DNA of 64,000 nt from an uncultured delta proteobacterium (GTDB lineage Bacteria; Desulfobacterota; Binatia; UBA9968): positions 256,001 through 320,000 of the forward strand of contig CAVXEP010000012.1 in the NCBI GenBank assembly GCA_963760795.1, read 5' to 3'. Of the stretch, positions 11,500 through 24,722 are shown in pieces. The translations under genes and the position numbers were made by a program. The notes under the pieces were generated by a model, which saw only the letters and a program-made list of their open reading frames with translations, searched no databases and had not been told where the DNA came from. Position 1 is the first letter of the stretch. Each line of letters starts with the position of its first letter.

Positions 11500-11619
11500 G
11501 GGCAGACGGAGCGTTTGGCGCAGATTCTGATATCGTGCTCATGTCAGTCATCGCTTTCCTTGCCTCCATACAACTTTCACTAAGCTGTTCCGGGTCGCTC
11601 TTTCACAAAGGCTTGATCA

Positions 11620-12701
11620 TTAACCGGCCGGGATCGTTATGACAGGTGCGCCTTGTCTATCACCCGAGTCGGTGAGCGTGAAGAGAAACATGATAAAAGA
11701 AAACAATCTCTTAGAGGCGAAGTCTTTGTCGTCGATCCAGTACCAGTCTTGACCATACGGCACGGCAGCAAAGGCGTCGTCGGGTTTTTGCGATGAGCTG
11801 AGAATCCGTATAAGTGCCGGCACGGGAGCACCGTTTACTATCTCCGGCGCAGGGGTGGGAAACGTGCGCTTTTGCTCCACCTTGGCGGCCGGTACATCAA
11901 TGTAAGAAGAGAGATCGGTAATGATTTCAAGCACGGAACGGGTCAGCAGGGCGATCTCTTTGTCATTGGCGGGCACCGAGCCGTAGACCACGTCAAACTC
12001 TTCGGTCCGCGGATCGACACCGAGGAGTTTGCGTACTTCATCGCGGTCCGTCGCTATCGCTGGGTCTAACTTCTTACTAAATACGATTGCCGTCGCCGAC
12101 TGGGCGCCGGTTTTTTTCACCCGCAGGCCGATTTGTCCGGATTGCTGAATGTTGCGCAGCTTCTCGACAAGCGGAAAAAACTCCGGATCGGCCTCGCGCG
12201 CCCGTGCACCATAGCCGTAGCGGCTATGAATGCCATTGATGGCATGCACGGTGAGCCGCAGCACCACATCGACCGGATAGCCGGCCTGGAGAAAATTTAG
12301 AATCGCCGCGGGCGGGATCGGCGTCATGAGACTGCGGGCGAACTTGTCCCCGCTAAGCGGCGAGTAAGTGACGGTCGGCCTTTCTCCAAAAGTCCCCGCG
12401 GCCGAAACACCGACGGATGAAGTAAAGGGAAGTTGCAAGAGATTTTGCCACCAGGAACCCGAAACTGCCGACGTGTGCCCTGGTAGCCGGTCTGGGTGAT
12501 CACCGAAGTGACATCGAGAAAGACCGGCGCATCCGCGTAGCGCAGTTTGACCACATTGAGCAGCATCTGTGCCTTCCAGGAATCGGAGATTGCCGAAATG
12601 TAATCAAAGCGATCTCGCGCCACGGTACGGGGTCCGATACTGCTGCAACCGCTCAGTCCAGCCAAAATTAGAACTACAACTGGGAACATTTTCCACCGCA
12701 T
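11620..12701 (-). CDS. Conserved hypothetical lipoprotein, frameshifted near 12450-12475
   Basis: LSGC lipobox, SIGPRTVARDRFDY, LLNVVKLRY, PTVTYSPLSG, WYWIDDKD; two ORFs join. Confidence 0.75.
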
Positions 12702-12716
12702 GTTTCTCTCCTCACG

Positions 12717-13773
12717 TCAGTTTTGCAACGACTGTCGCGTCCAGATGCGACCATCGAGCCAGTAGTGGCAGAAGAGACCGCCCGTTCCAAGCGGCGCCAG
12801 CCATGCAAGGTCAAACCAGCCGCCGGCGCAGGCTCCGACGAAACCGATAACAGGCCAAACAGCAAAAGTGGCCGCGTGTCTTAATTCGGTTTGAAAGCGG
12901 CGCCGCGTTTCAATTGACTGCACGCCGGACCTGTTTACCGCGGACTCCATGCCTGTCCGGCTTCTATCATAAAACCCGTCTGGGCGACTCATGGCGTACG
13001 TGAAATAGAGATATTGCACTTCGTGATGCACGGCGAGAACCAATAAAAATGAAACATTGGACGCGCCGAGCACGTAGCCGCTGCCGAAGGCGACGCCATG
13101 GGCGAGCACCACCCACCACTCGCCTGGATGGATGCCGATCTCAGTTTTGCCGGGCGTTAACGTCACTCTGTCGACGCGGCTCTCTCGCAGCGTCCAGACA
13201 AAATAGGCGATTACCCAGAGCAGCGCGCCCAGGCCTACGGTCCAAGCTATTTCTGCTCCGACGCTCAGGGCGACATAGGGTTGGCCTTCGTATTCTTCAG
13301 GCGCGAGATGCGTGTATGCGAGCACAGCCGCCAGCATGGGCAGATAGATGGCGCCGCGGAACAAAACTTCATGGGTCCGCGACACCGGCCCGCCCATGCC
13401 GCGCTGGTAAAAGCGCGCCACTCCCAGACTCTGGCGGCCGCGGTGCCAGACGGCAGCGTACATAGCGATCGATGTGAGTCAAGATCGTTTGCCCGCCCAG
13501 CGAAAGAGCGTAGGTCGTTAGCAGAATGATCAGAGGGATCAGAACGACATCAACTTGACGATGACGCCACAGCCGCCGCCGTAACACGGCATCGTAGGTT
13601 GCTCCCAGATGGAATTCCGATAAGACGAAGTCAATGGCATCGATTTCTCGGTCGCCGCGCAGAAATATCAGAAGCATCGCCGCCAGCAGCCCGATCGAAG
13701 CTCCGCCGCAGGCCAGCCAGAAATCCGCGCGGCGAGAAAAAAGCCAGAGGGACCGTTCGGATGTGGCTTTCAT
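12717..13773 (-). CDS. Hypothetical integral membrane protein with spaced His motifs, frameshifted near 13480
   Basis: Multiple TMs; EFHLGATY, WHRGRQ, HHEVQY, HYWLDGRIW. Confidence 0.65.
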
Positions 13774-14184
13774 GGTCTTGCGTTGTTCCTCGCTCACTTC
13801 ACCAAACGCTGGGGCGCGCGCTGTCACAGCTTTGGCTCTCTCTTCATCTCGGACCCTCACAAACAGTCTCACACCAGAGTTCGTCTGAGCGCTCGAAGCT
13901 GGCGGATAGAGCGGATCAGCGGCGCCTGCCGCCAGCGGTTCTGGGCATGTTCCAGACATGTTCCGGATAGAACCATGCCGCAGAGAAAGAAGGCGACGCT
14001 CGTGATCTTGACGGTGCCAGAAGCGTAGTGGGCTTTTCAATGCCCTTCGGCATCACCTTCGAGGCTGACAAATTGCGCCCATATCCAATCGCCCGTCTCG
14101 GTCAGGACGCGAAGACCGCTAACTCGCCGCGTTTCGGGAAGCTGCGCGCGCCGCCTGAAACTACCGCGCGCGCTGAAGCACCGT

Positions 14185-14206
14185 CTATTGGACTTTAGGG
14201 CAATAC
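14185..14206. promoter_or_regulatory. Palindromic box variant CTATTGGAC-TTTA-GGGCAATAC
   Basis: Matches the motif family; upstream of the 13773 gene. Confidence 0.5.
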
Positions 14207-14490
14207 GAAAAGTGGCAGTGTCTGTAGTAATCGGAGCATAGGGCGTTTTCAATCATAAGCGGTTTTGTTTGCAGACGATGAATCCCTACACCGCGCAGTT
14301 TCGTATCGGACTGTTCCCATTCACAGCGTTCTCGGCTCTAGTGCGGCGACAAGTTCCTTTGAACCTGCTCCCCACTGAGAGATCGACTTGATCGCCTGTG
14401 TAAAGGGAACATTCAGAGGATGCACCCGTTCCCGGCTAAGAATATAGACGGCGGTTCCGCCACCAGATCGAACACTCGCAACGGGCTTCG

Positions 14491-15793
14491 TCAGGATGGT
14501 TTCGTTCCAGCTTCGCTAACCTGCTGCGCAGTGGAAGATTCGCGCGGCTCGCTGCTCCAGCTCGCCGTGTCCGCGCCCATCTTTTCGCCAAGATCCGCGA
14601 GATTGTTCATGGTCTCTTTATGGAAAGGTGTCGGCGCGGGTGGAATCCAGTCTTCGGGAATTGACACGATACGCACCTCCACATCGGCTTTCCGCTTGAG
14701 CCGTGAGATCTCGGCCATCGCGAAGAGATGCCGCACCGCGGTCGCCGTAGCCGCGCGCGTGGATGTCTCCAGGCTGCGTTGAACGACTGCCGGCCAGTTA
14801 GGCGCCACCGGTTTAGGCACCGGACGGAACTGGTTGTTGAAAATCACCCAGAAGCGAAACTTAGGAGCGCGGTGGTTCGGATAAGCTTCCTGCCATAGGG
14901 CCGGCAGGTTGTCCTCTTCCGCTATTCTACCGCCGTAGATGATGTTTCCGGTCACCCCACCGTCGACGTAGAGCTCTCCGTCGATCATGCGGAACGGAAA
15001 CGCGCCGGGAATCCCCGCCGAGGCGAGGATAATGTTGTGAACGCGCTCAAGGTCTGCCGAATCGACAGCCCGCTGCGCTTCCGCCACCAGGTCGAACACC
15101 CGCGGCTGTCCTATGTCAAGCTGCGGTCGTGTTGACTAACAAAAGACGGCCGTCGGCGCCCGCTCTCGTGATCCGGCCAAGCATGTCCATGGTGATGTGC
15201 TGGCGTATCTCCCGCTCCAGTCCAGGTACCTCGGCGAACGAAATGTTGTCCGGCAAGAAATAAAGGTATCCGCGCTGCTTCACCCAGTCCTTCTTCGGGT
15301 TGCGATACATGTTTAGGATCTGCTCGATCGACTGTTCGTCGCCCAAAAATGCGAACGGAGCGATCAGCGTTCCCGTGCTTACGCCAGTCACGGCGTCGAA
15401 TTCCGGCTTGGCCAGCGGATGAGACACTGGCACCTTCTGCCAACCTTTGAGAAATCCCGCGCCGAAGGCTCCCCAGTCGCCCCCACCTGAGATCACCAGG
15501 ATGTCGACCGCCGGTGGTTCTTTCCGCCCGTCGGCGGCATAATGGTCGTACTTGGCCTTGATGCGTTTAACCAGGCGGCCAAGCAACTCGCGGGCTACTT
15601 CGGATTGCTCATCTGCCGTGGTGCGCCGTTTAAGGAGATCCGGCGCCGCAACTTGCGGGCGTTTTAGCCAGGCGCCATAGCCCCACAGTGGCCGTCCGCT
15701 GATTGCTCCCACCAATGAGAGCAAGCGCCGTGTGGCCACCGCTGCGCCAAGCACGACACCCGTGGCAAGGATTAAAGATGTTCTCACTCGCAT
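14491..15793 (-). CDS. Patatin-like phospholipase, frameshifted near 15115
   Basis: SGGGDWGAFGAG, GVSTG, ASAGIPGAFP, YVDGG. Confidence 0.88.
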
Positions 15794-16219
15794 AGGCTCC
15801 TCCGAGCAGGATAGATTAGCGCGCGCCGCAGAACCGTCTATACCAGATCTCACCGCCTGGAATTTTATCCCAGAACGCCTCGTCGACTTTCTTCCACGTC
15901 GGACTTTGCCGCACTCCCCGATAGCGGGCCAGCGCTCCGGCGAACAGTCGCAGAGTTTGTAGACGAAAGTAATACGGGCGTCAAGCACTCGCCTTCTTGT
16001 GCGGGCTTCGGATGGAACGCCTTGCAGTTCTATCTCGACGCCCCCGCTCTTGCGCGCTAACGTCGAATCTATCGCAGGTTGCGGAAAAACTCACGCACGC
16101 TTTACTTCTTGGTTATTTTGTATTCACGGCTGTCGAGAAAATTGAAAGTCTGAATAACCTGATTGGTCGGCTCATAACCGCGGTAAAGAAAATAGGTTTG
16201 AATGATGGAGCGCTTCCAT

Positions 16220-16430
16220 TTGGCGTGTCGGTCGCCAACCACTGGGATTTTGCTCGCTAGAGATTCTTCGCCGAGCCACAGGTAGGTCCATCCTGCGAGA
16301 AGGCACCGATGATTGGCGCCAGCCAAAAGAGCCAGAGTTGGGAAAGCGCCCAACCTCCGACAAAGATCGCTGGACCCGTGCTTCTGGCCGGATTGACCGA
16401 GGTGTTGGTTACGGGAATGCTGATCAAATG
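16220..16430 (-). pseudogene. aqpZ: aqpZ C-terminal duplicate fragment
   Basis: Aligns to 18240-18450 ([21 protein letters not shown]...[10 protein letters not shown]...GWTYLWL). Confidence 0.85.
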
Positions 16431-16434
16431 AGGG

Positions 16435-16765
16435 TCAAAATGAACTACCTGTATTTCGCCGAGCTCATTGTTGTTCCCCTATTCCGTTCTCGCGCCATGC
16501 GCGGCAAACTTCCGTAAGAGAGCAAAACTCCAGAGCTTTTTCGACAGTACCTAATCCGCCGAGGATCGATCTAGTGGATCTAAGGTCCAATAGATACAGC
16601 GCCATTAAGGAGTCGAAGCGGACCCTTAAAGCTAATGCAGTCCGATGTTGAAGCAGAAAAGAAGATATTCAGCAGGCGGGAAACAAGTCTTACAGGCCAT
16701 CCATGCGCGCATTGTTCGGGATCCCGTGATCGAGCACCCCGCGGCAACGGGCGAATCATGCAACT
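16435..16765. repeat. Diverged copy of aqpZ upstream region (about 19130-19465)
   Basis: Shared blocks such as cgccgagctcattgttgttcccctattcc and gtccgatgttgaagcagaaaagaagatattcagcaggc. Confidence 0.88.
16571..16593. promoter_or_regulatory. Palindromic box variant CTAGTGGATCTAAGGTCCAATAG
   Basis: Paralogous position of the 19266 box. Confidence 0.5.
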
Positions 16766-16930
16766 GTGCCGGTGGGCAAGCCTCATTGAGCCTGTTTTCC
16801 CGGTTCAGAGTTCAGTAGCTCTTTGAGTGCGCAGGCCCCGCGACTTATGGCAATGTGGTAATTGATGAACCCCTGCAATTTGCTGCAGCTATACCCTTTC
16901 ATTCCAGGTCAACGGCATTTGTCAGGTCCT

Positions 16931-16976
16931 GCAGGACGGCGAATCGCTCCTTAGTTCGGAGCGATCCGCCCCTGCA
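16931..16976 (-). terminator. Stem-loop downstream of the OmpA gene
   Basis: ggcgaatcgctcc-ttagttc-ggagcgatccgcc; no clear U-tract. Confidence 0.35.
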
Positions 16977-16981
16977 CCTCG

Positions 16982-17844
16982 CTACTTACTCGTACCCTTG
17001 TTGACCAGAACGCGGACGTCAACCCGGTTTTCCGCCTCTTTACCTGTTACCGTCGTCGCTCCGCCATAGCCCATAGGTATCGACATGCGACGTAGCGGAA
17101 TGTTGTGCTTCGTCGCTAGGTACTGCAGGACTGCCTCAGAGCGGTCCAGGCTCAGGTCGAGAACCTTTGAAGCCTGGTCACATCGGAGTAGCCTTTAACT
17201 TCTACCAGATAATTCTTCGCGCCCGGCGCCTTCGAAGCGAGATCATCCAGTTGCGCTTTCCCCTTATCCGAGAGCGTAGCGCTGTTCTCGGCGAAAGGCA
17301 CCGTCACAACCTTAACCAGCTCATATTGATCGATCGCATCAATTCGCTTGTTGGCGTCGACAACTTCCTTGCTCGTCTGGGCAAGTTTTTGTTCGGTCTC
17401 TGAGAGCTTCTTATTTATCGGAGCCGTTTGAGCGTACGCGGTTATCGCCTGCTTGAGGTCAGCTTCGGTGAACTCAATCTCCTCGGCCACCAGACGACCC
17501 CCAGCACCCTTGCCCTCGACCTCAAGGATTAGCCCGGGAATGAGCACGGTTGCATCCATTCGCTTGTCTCGTTTAAGTAGCCCCTTACGCTCAACCTTTA
17601 TTTCGCTTTTGTCGGTTATCGCAACCAGCGTATCGGTGCGCGCTATGTCGCGTAACACAAATAGCTCACCATCACGATTGAGGATAACGCCTTTAATTTC
17701 GAGCTTCTCGCCTTCCTTGATCTCGCGCTTCTTGCCCGGCTGGAATTGACTGTGGCCGCTGTCCGGAAGCAACACTCCCATAGTCATAATCAGACTCAAG
17801 CTGATCGCGAAAACCGTAATTCTCATTGCATCTCGATTTTGCAT
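16982..17844 (-). CDS. OmpA-family protein, frameshifted near 17170
   Basis: Signal peptide, VPFAENSATLS, VEVKGYSD; other frame continues LSLDRSEAVLQYL...MGYG...NRVDVRVLVNKG. Confidence 0.8.
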
Positions 17845-18234
17845 ACTTTGTCTCCTTATTTTTGGTTACAACCTGTTACACGTCTACACCAAGCGCATCG
17901 AGGCGGCCGGGTTTAGTCCTTTACATGTCATCACCTCCTCCAATCTTGCGTCGGCGCGGGAGCCCGTCATCAGCAGGAAATCCCATTACCGCCCGTCAAA
18001 GGCTTGCTCATTCGCTAGCTGCTTTGGAGTCCATAGCACGTCGAGCCGCCTTTTGGGGATCAGGAGTTTCCTGATTTTGCGCGTCGGAATCCCTTAGGTG
18101 CGATCTGAAGCCCCACGCATCGAACCGTGCTCCAGTCGGCGCCGTTTTATTTGGCGGGTTCACTTCGGCGATCTGTGTCATTGCCAATCAACAACTGGAT
18201 GTCACTTCTCGATAGACTCTGTTTCGCAGATGTC

Positions 18235-18975
18235 TTAACGCCGTGGTGGGTCGCCCTCTATTGGAACTCTCGTTGCGGGCTCTTCTTCGCTGAGCCACAG
18301 GTAAGTCCATCCGGCAATGACGGCACCGATTATTGGTGCGACCCAGAAGAGCCAAAGTTGCGAGAGCGCCCAACCCCCAACGAAAACTGCTGGACCCGTG
18401 CTTCTGGCTGGATTGACCGAGGTATTGGTTACCGGGATGCTGACCAAATGAATTAGGGTTAAGGCGAGGCCAATAGCGATACCAGCAAACTCCTCAGGCG
18501 CGCGTCCGTGCGTAGCACCCAAGATAACGATAAGAAACATGTAGGTCATCACAATCTCGCACACGAATGAGGCAACGAGAGAGTAGCCACCTGGCGAATG
18601 AGCTTCATAGCCATTCGCAGCAAATCCGCTTTGAACGACATCAAATCCCGCTTTGCCGGTCGCGATAATATAGAGCACAAACGCGCCGGCGATCGCGCCA
18701 AGCACTTGCGCTACGATGTAAGGAATTAAATCCGAAGCGGGAAAGCGTTTACCGGCCCACAAACCGAAGGAAACCGCCGGATTAAGATGACAACCCGAGA
18801 TGTGGCCGACAGCGTAGGCCATACTCAAAACGGTTAGACCGAACGCTAAAGAAACTCCGTAAAATCCGATCCCGAGATTAGGAAACGCCGCTGCCAATAC
18901 CGCGCTTCCACACCCTCCTAAAACCAGCCATAAGGTTCCAATAAACTCTGCAACCAGCCGCTTCGATAACTTCAT
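18235..18975 (-). CDS. aqpZ: Aquaporin Z
   Basis: [11 protein letters not shown] and [12 protein letters not shown] motifs, HSPGGYS loop. Confidence 0.97.
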   Translation of the reverse strand: MKLSKRLVAEFIGTLWLVLGGCGSAVLAAAFPNLGIGFYGVSLAFGLTVLSMAYAVGHISGCHLNPAVSFGLWAGKRFPASDLIPYIVAQVLGAIAGAFVLYIIATGKAGFDVVQSGFAANGYEAHSPGGYSLVASFVCEIVMTYMFLIVILGATHGRAPEEFAGIAIGLALTLIHLVSIPVTNTSVNPARSTGPAVFVGGWALSQLWLFWVAPIIGAVIAGWTYLWLSEEEPATRVPIEGDPPRR

Positions 18976-19265
18976 GACTGACTCCTTTCGAAAAATTTCT
19001 CACAGGTTGAGGTTCTGCCTTCGCGTTAGGCGCACGATCCATGGCCCGGCGTATCTTGAAGTTGCGCTCTCGCGCTCTCGCTCGCGGTGTTTGAAGCAGG
19101 GGTCAGAAAAAGCCCGATACACCAACCGCAAAAATGAAGTACCGGTAGTTCGCCGAGCTCATTGTTGTTCCCCTATTCCCTTCTCGCGCCATGCCCGGCA
19201 AACTTCCGTAATAGAGCAAAACTCCAGAGATTTTTTCGACAATAGCTAAATCCCCCGAGGATCGT

Positions 19266-19287
19266 CTATTGGACCTTAGTCCAATAG
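19266..19287. promoter_or_regulatory. Perfect-armed palindrome CTATTGGAC-CTTA-GTCCAATAG
   Basis: 9-bp perfect arms; about 290 bp upstream of aqpZ. Confidence 0.7.
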
Positions 19288-19531
19288 ATACAGCACCGTT
19301 AAGGAGTCGAAGATCGCACCCTTAAAGCTAATGTAGTCCGATGTTGAAGCAGAAAAGAAGATATTCAGCAGGCAGGAAACCAGCCTTACAGGCTATCCGT
19401 GCTCGCAGCGCGCTCGGGGTTCGTGATCGAGCGCCATGAGGCTAGGGCCGGAATCATGCAATTGAGCCCTACATGCAGCATGGTCCGGACAATCATCTCA
19501 GGCCTTGAGGGTACCGGCTCAAGACGACAGA

Positions 19532-21016
19532 TCACGGCAGCTTTTGCAGCCTTAAGACGTGGTAACGCCAGGGAGCGAGATCGACATAGAGACCGCGCGC
19601 TTGCAGATCGTTACCGTCGCGATCGTAGTGCGTCATTTTCCAAGCACGATCCTGCAAACGCCATCGGCTGTTGGCAAATCGGCGAACGGCAGTCGGACAC
19701 AGCACTGGCTCTGGTTCGGCGCATAGTTGACCGTCACCAGCAGCCGCTCGCCGCCAGCAGCCCTGCCAGGCGAAAGCGACAAAACAATCCCACGTCCAGT
19801 TGCCGTCCCAGGCGGGAACGCATTCGAGCAGCTGCCAGTGACCGTTGCGTACGACGTCGTGGCGCAGCACGGCAAGCAACCGGTCATAGAATTTCTTCAC
19901 CCGCTCATCGACCGGCTCTTCCGGCCCTCGCACCAGATGCGGTGAAATCCGCTTCTTCCGAGCCTCGAATTGTCCCTGATGAAAGAATCGTAGCCCAGGC
20001 GACAGGAAAGTAATTACCGCCGCAGCTTCATGAACTGCCGGTGAGAAAGTCGCGGCCGCGCGCGGCTCGTCGTGGTTTTCCAGAAAGCGCGCGAGCTTGT
20101 TCTGGTAATCCAACCCCGCGTGAAAATGCTCGCGCACCGGCCGCGCATGACCCTCGCGCAGGCGGTCGTATAGCCGTTTGTCGTAAGCGTAATCGAACCC
20201 CTGTTGCAGCAGCGTCCATTCCCGATCCCAGTAGACCTCGGCCATGAACTGGAAGTTCGGATGCTTGCGCCGCGCGGACTCGGTTGCCTTGGGCCAGAAC
20301 AGCTCAGCCCGGATGCCCCAGGTGCTTTCGAATACGTCGGGCAAGAGCAGCATGGCCATGTCGCAGCGCACGCCGTCGCATTGCCCGGCGATTCTCTCCA
20401 GCTCGCCGATCATCGCCTGCTGCAAATCCGGGTTGCCGTAGTTGAGCTGCAGCGTGTCGGGCCAGCCGTCAAAGTACGGGTCGCGCCCGTAGGCGAGCAC
20501 CAGCGGGCCGTTTTTCGTTTGCACCCGGCAATAGTTCTGCGGCGCGCGAGCCAAATCACTCTCGCTGCCATGGACAAAGTAGTCCGGATGCTCGTCGACC
20601 CAGGGGTGATCCGGCGCCATATGGTTGGGGACAAAGTCGAGCATCAGTTTCAATCCGCGTTTTTTCAGCCGCTGTTGCAAACGGGCGAGCGCCGCATCCC
20701 CGCCGAGATCGCGATGCACGGTGTAGCTTTGGATGGCAAACCCGGAGCCGGCGATGTCTGCTTCTTTGAGATCCGGCAACGTTTCGTGAAATTCCTTGCG
20801 CCATCCGGCGTTGCTGCGTGACACCTGCTGCGCCGCCGGTCCGGTCTGCCAGACGCTCAGGAACCAGACCCAGTCAAAACCCAGCTGCGGCAAGTCGATC
20901 CAGCTCGGCGTCCGGAATATCGTCCAGAGTCGCTGCCCGACCAAGCTATGAGACATCGCTGTCAGCCAGACTCGGCTGTTGATTTGGTAAAGTGAAGGAG
21001 AGCGACGATCGGACAT
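19532..21016 (-). CDS. GH13 alpha-amylase family protein (compensating frameshifts near both ends)
   Basis: LDFVPNH, DGVRCDMA, AEVYW, FLENHDE; out-of-frame patches read TLDDIPDAELD and RLLVTVNYAPNQSQC in other frames. Confidence 0.9.
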   Translation of the reverse strand: MSDRRSPSLYQINSRVWLTAMSHSLVGQRLWTIFRTPSWIDLPQLGFDWVWFLSVWQTGPAAQQVSRSNAGWRKEFHETLPDLKEADIAGSGFAIQSYTVHRDLGGDAALARLQQRLKKRGLKLMLDFVPNHMAPDHPWVDEHPDYFVHGSESDLARAPQNYCRVQTKNGPLVLAYGRDPYFDGWPDTLQLNYGNPDLQQAMIGELERIAGQCDGVRCDMAMLLLPDVFESTWGIRAELFWPKATESARRKHPNFQFMAEVYWDREWTLLQQGFDYAYDKRLYDRLREGHARPVREHFHAGLDYQNKLARFLENHDEPRAAATFSPAVHEAAAVITFLSPGLRFFHQGQFEARKKRISPHLVRGPEEPVDERVKKFYDRLLAVLRHDVVRNGHWQLLECVPAWDGNWTWDCFVAFAWQGCWRRAAAGDGQLCAEPEPVLCPTAVRRFANSRWRLQDRAWKMTHYDRDGNDLQARGLYVDLAPWRYHVLRLQKLP

Positions 21017-21025
21017 ATTTACGCC

Positions 21026-23766
<2,741 letters not shown>

Positions 23767-23973
23767 GGTTCTCCTCCTATTGGTATTCTTCGCCTACTTC
23801 CCTTTCTCGATCTCCCAGCGCGTCAGTCTTGAACAGTAGGTCACAGAGGAAACGGAGTTACCTTGTTATTAATCTCCGTTCTGTCCGTTGGCTGCTGTTC
23901 AAATTCGTTATCACGTCGATCTTACCTCGTCACTAGACCCTCGACACTCATTCGCCTCAGCGGCCCACGGAGT

Positions 23974-24070
23974 TGCCAAGAACGAACGCAGCTCGGCCGC
24001 GTCGTCCTTGATCAGCTCGCCGCTCACCGGCTGGTCGCGCCGTGGAGAGTACCGGTGAACTTGAACGAAG
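23974..24070 (-). pseudogene. Arylsulfatase C-terminal remnant
   Basis: Manual translation FKFTGTLHGAT then VSGELIKDDAAELRSFLA resembles the tail of long AtsB/AtsD-type arylsulfatases. Confidence 0.55.
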
Positions 24071-24071
24071 G

Positions 24072-24092
24072 CTATTGGACCTGGTCCAATAG
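24072..24092. promoter_or_regulatory. Palindrome CTATTGGAC-CTG-GTCCAATAG
   Basis: Perfect arms with a 3-nt spacer (possibly one base lost); upstream of the glucosidase. Confidence 0.65.
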
Positions 24093-24147
24093 GCCCGGCC
24101 CGGCCAGCTCTGCCCCGCCGAATATTCGACGATACCGTCTGGGAAAG

Positions 24148-24169
24148 CTATTGGACTCAAGGGCAATAC
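24148..24169. promoter_or_regulatory. Palindromic box variant CTATTGGAC-TCAA-GGGCAATAC
   Basis: Same arms as the 14185 box; 76 bp from the 24072 box. Confidence 0.55.
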
Positions 24170-24244
24170 GGGAATGATAGGGTCATGATACTTTGATGGA
24201 CCCGGAGCGTACCAACTTGCAACGTCAGCGCTCCGCGTCTGCGC

Positions 24245-24706
24245 TCAATGCGGGTCTTTGCCCGAGTGGCTATTCTGCCACGCTTCAAATTGCACCTTGA
24301 TCAACTGCTGCAGGATCGCCATCAGGGCCGCGCCTGTCATGCCGAACATCAGTACCCCATTCGCAGCCTCGAGGGGACCCATCAGCTTCCATCGCGCGCT
24401 CATCACCACGTCACCGTAACCCAACGAGGTGAAGTTCACCGCCGAATGGTAGACCGCCTCATACAGCTCGCTGAATTCCCCCAGGCAGATGAACAAAACT
24501 CCCCAGATCATGATCTGGATAAAGTTGCCCAGCATCATGGCGATCATCCCGATCAGGAGCGGGCGGATTTGCGCGATCAGTCCGCTACCGGATGGCATTC
24601 GGCCTGATTGGCGCATGTAGAACCGGACGCTCCAGAAAGTGAAGGCTGCCTGCAACGTCAGGCATACCAGCATGATCGGCAGCCCAATCATCAGGATCAT
24701 CAGCAT
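24245..24706 (-). CDS. Potassium channel-like (Ion_trans_2) protein
   Basis: YHSAVNFTSLGYGDVV filter motif. Confidence 0.85.
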   Translation of the reverse strand: MLMILMIGLPIMLVCLTLQAAFTFWSVRFYMRQSGRMPSGSGLIAQIRPLLIGMIAMMLGNFIQIMIWGVLFICLGEFSELYEAVYHSAVNFTSLGYGDVVMSARWKLMGPLEAANGVLMFGMTGAALMAILQQLIKVQFEAWQNSHSGKDPH

Positions 24707-24722
24707 TGTGCGACTCCTTTGT

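Noticed and set aside
11288-11569. 93-aa ORF as a novel protein
   Set aside because: Another frame matches an FGE remnant
14037-14252. 71-aa ORF
   Set aside because: No recognisable features, and it overlaps a regulatory-type box
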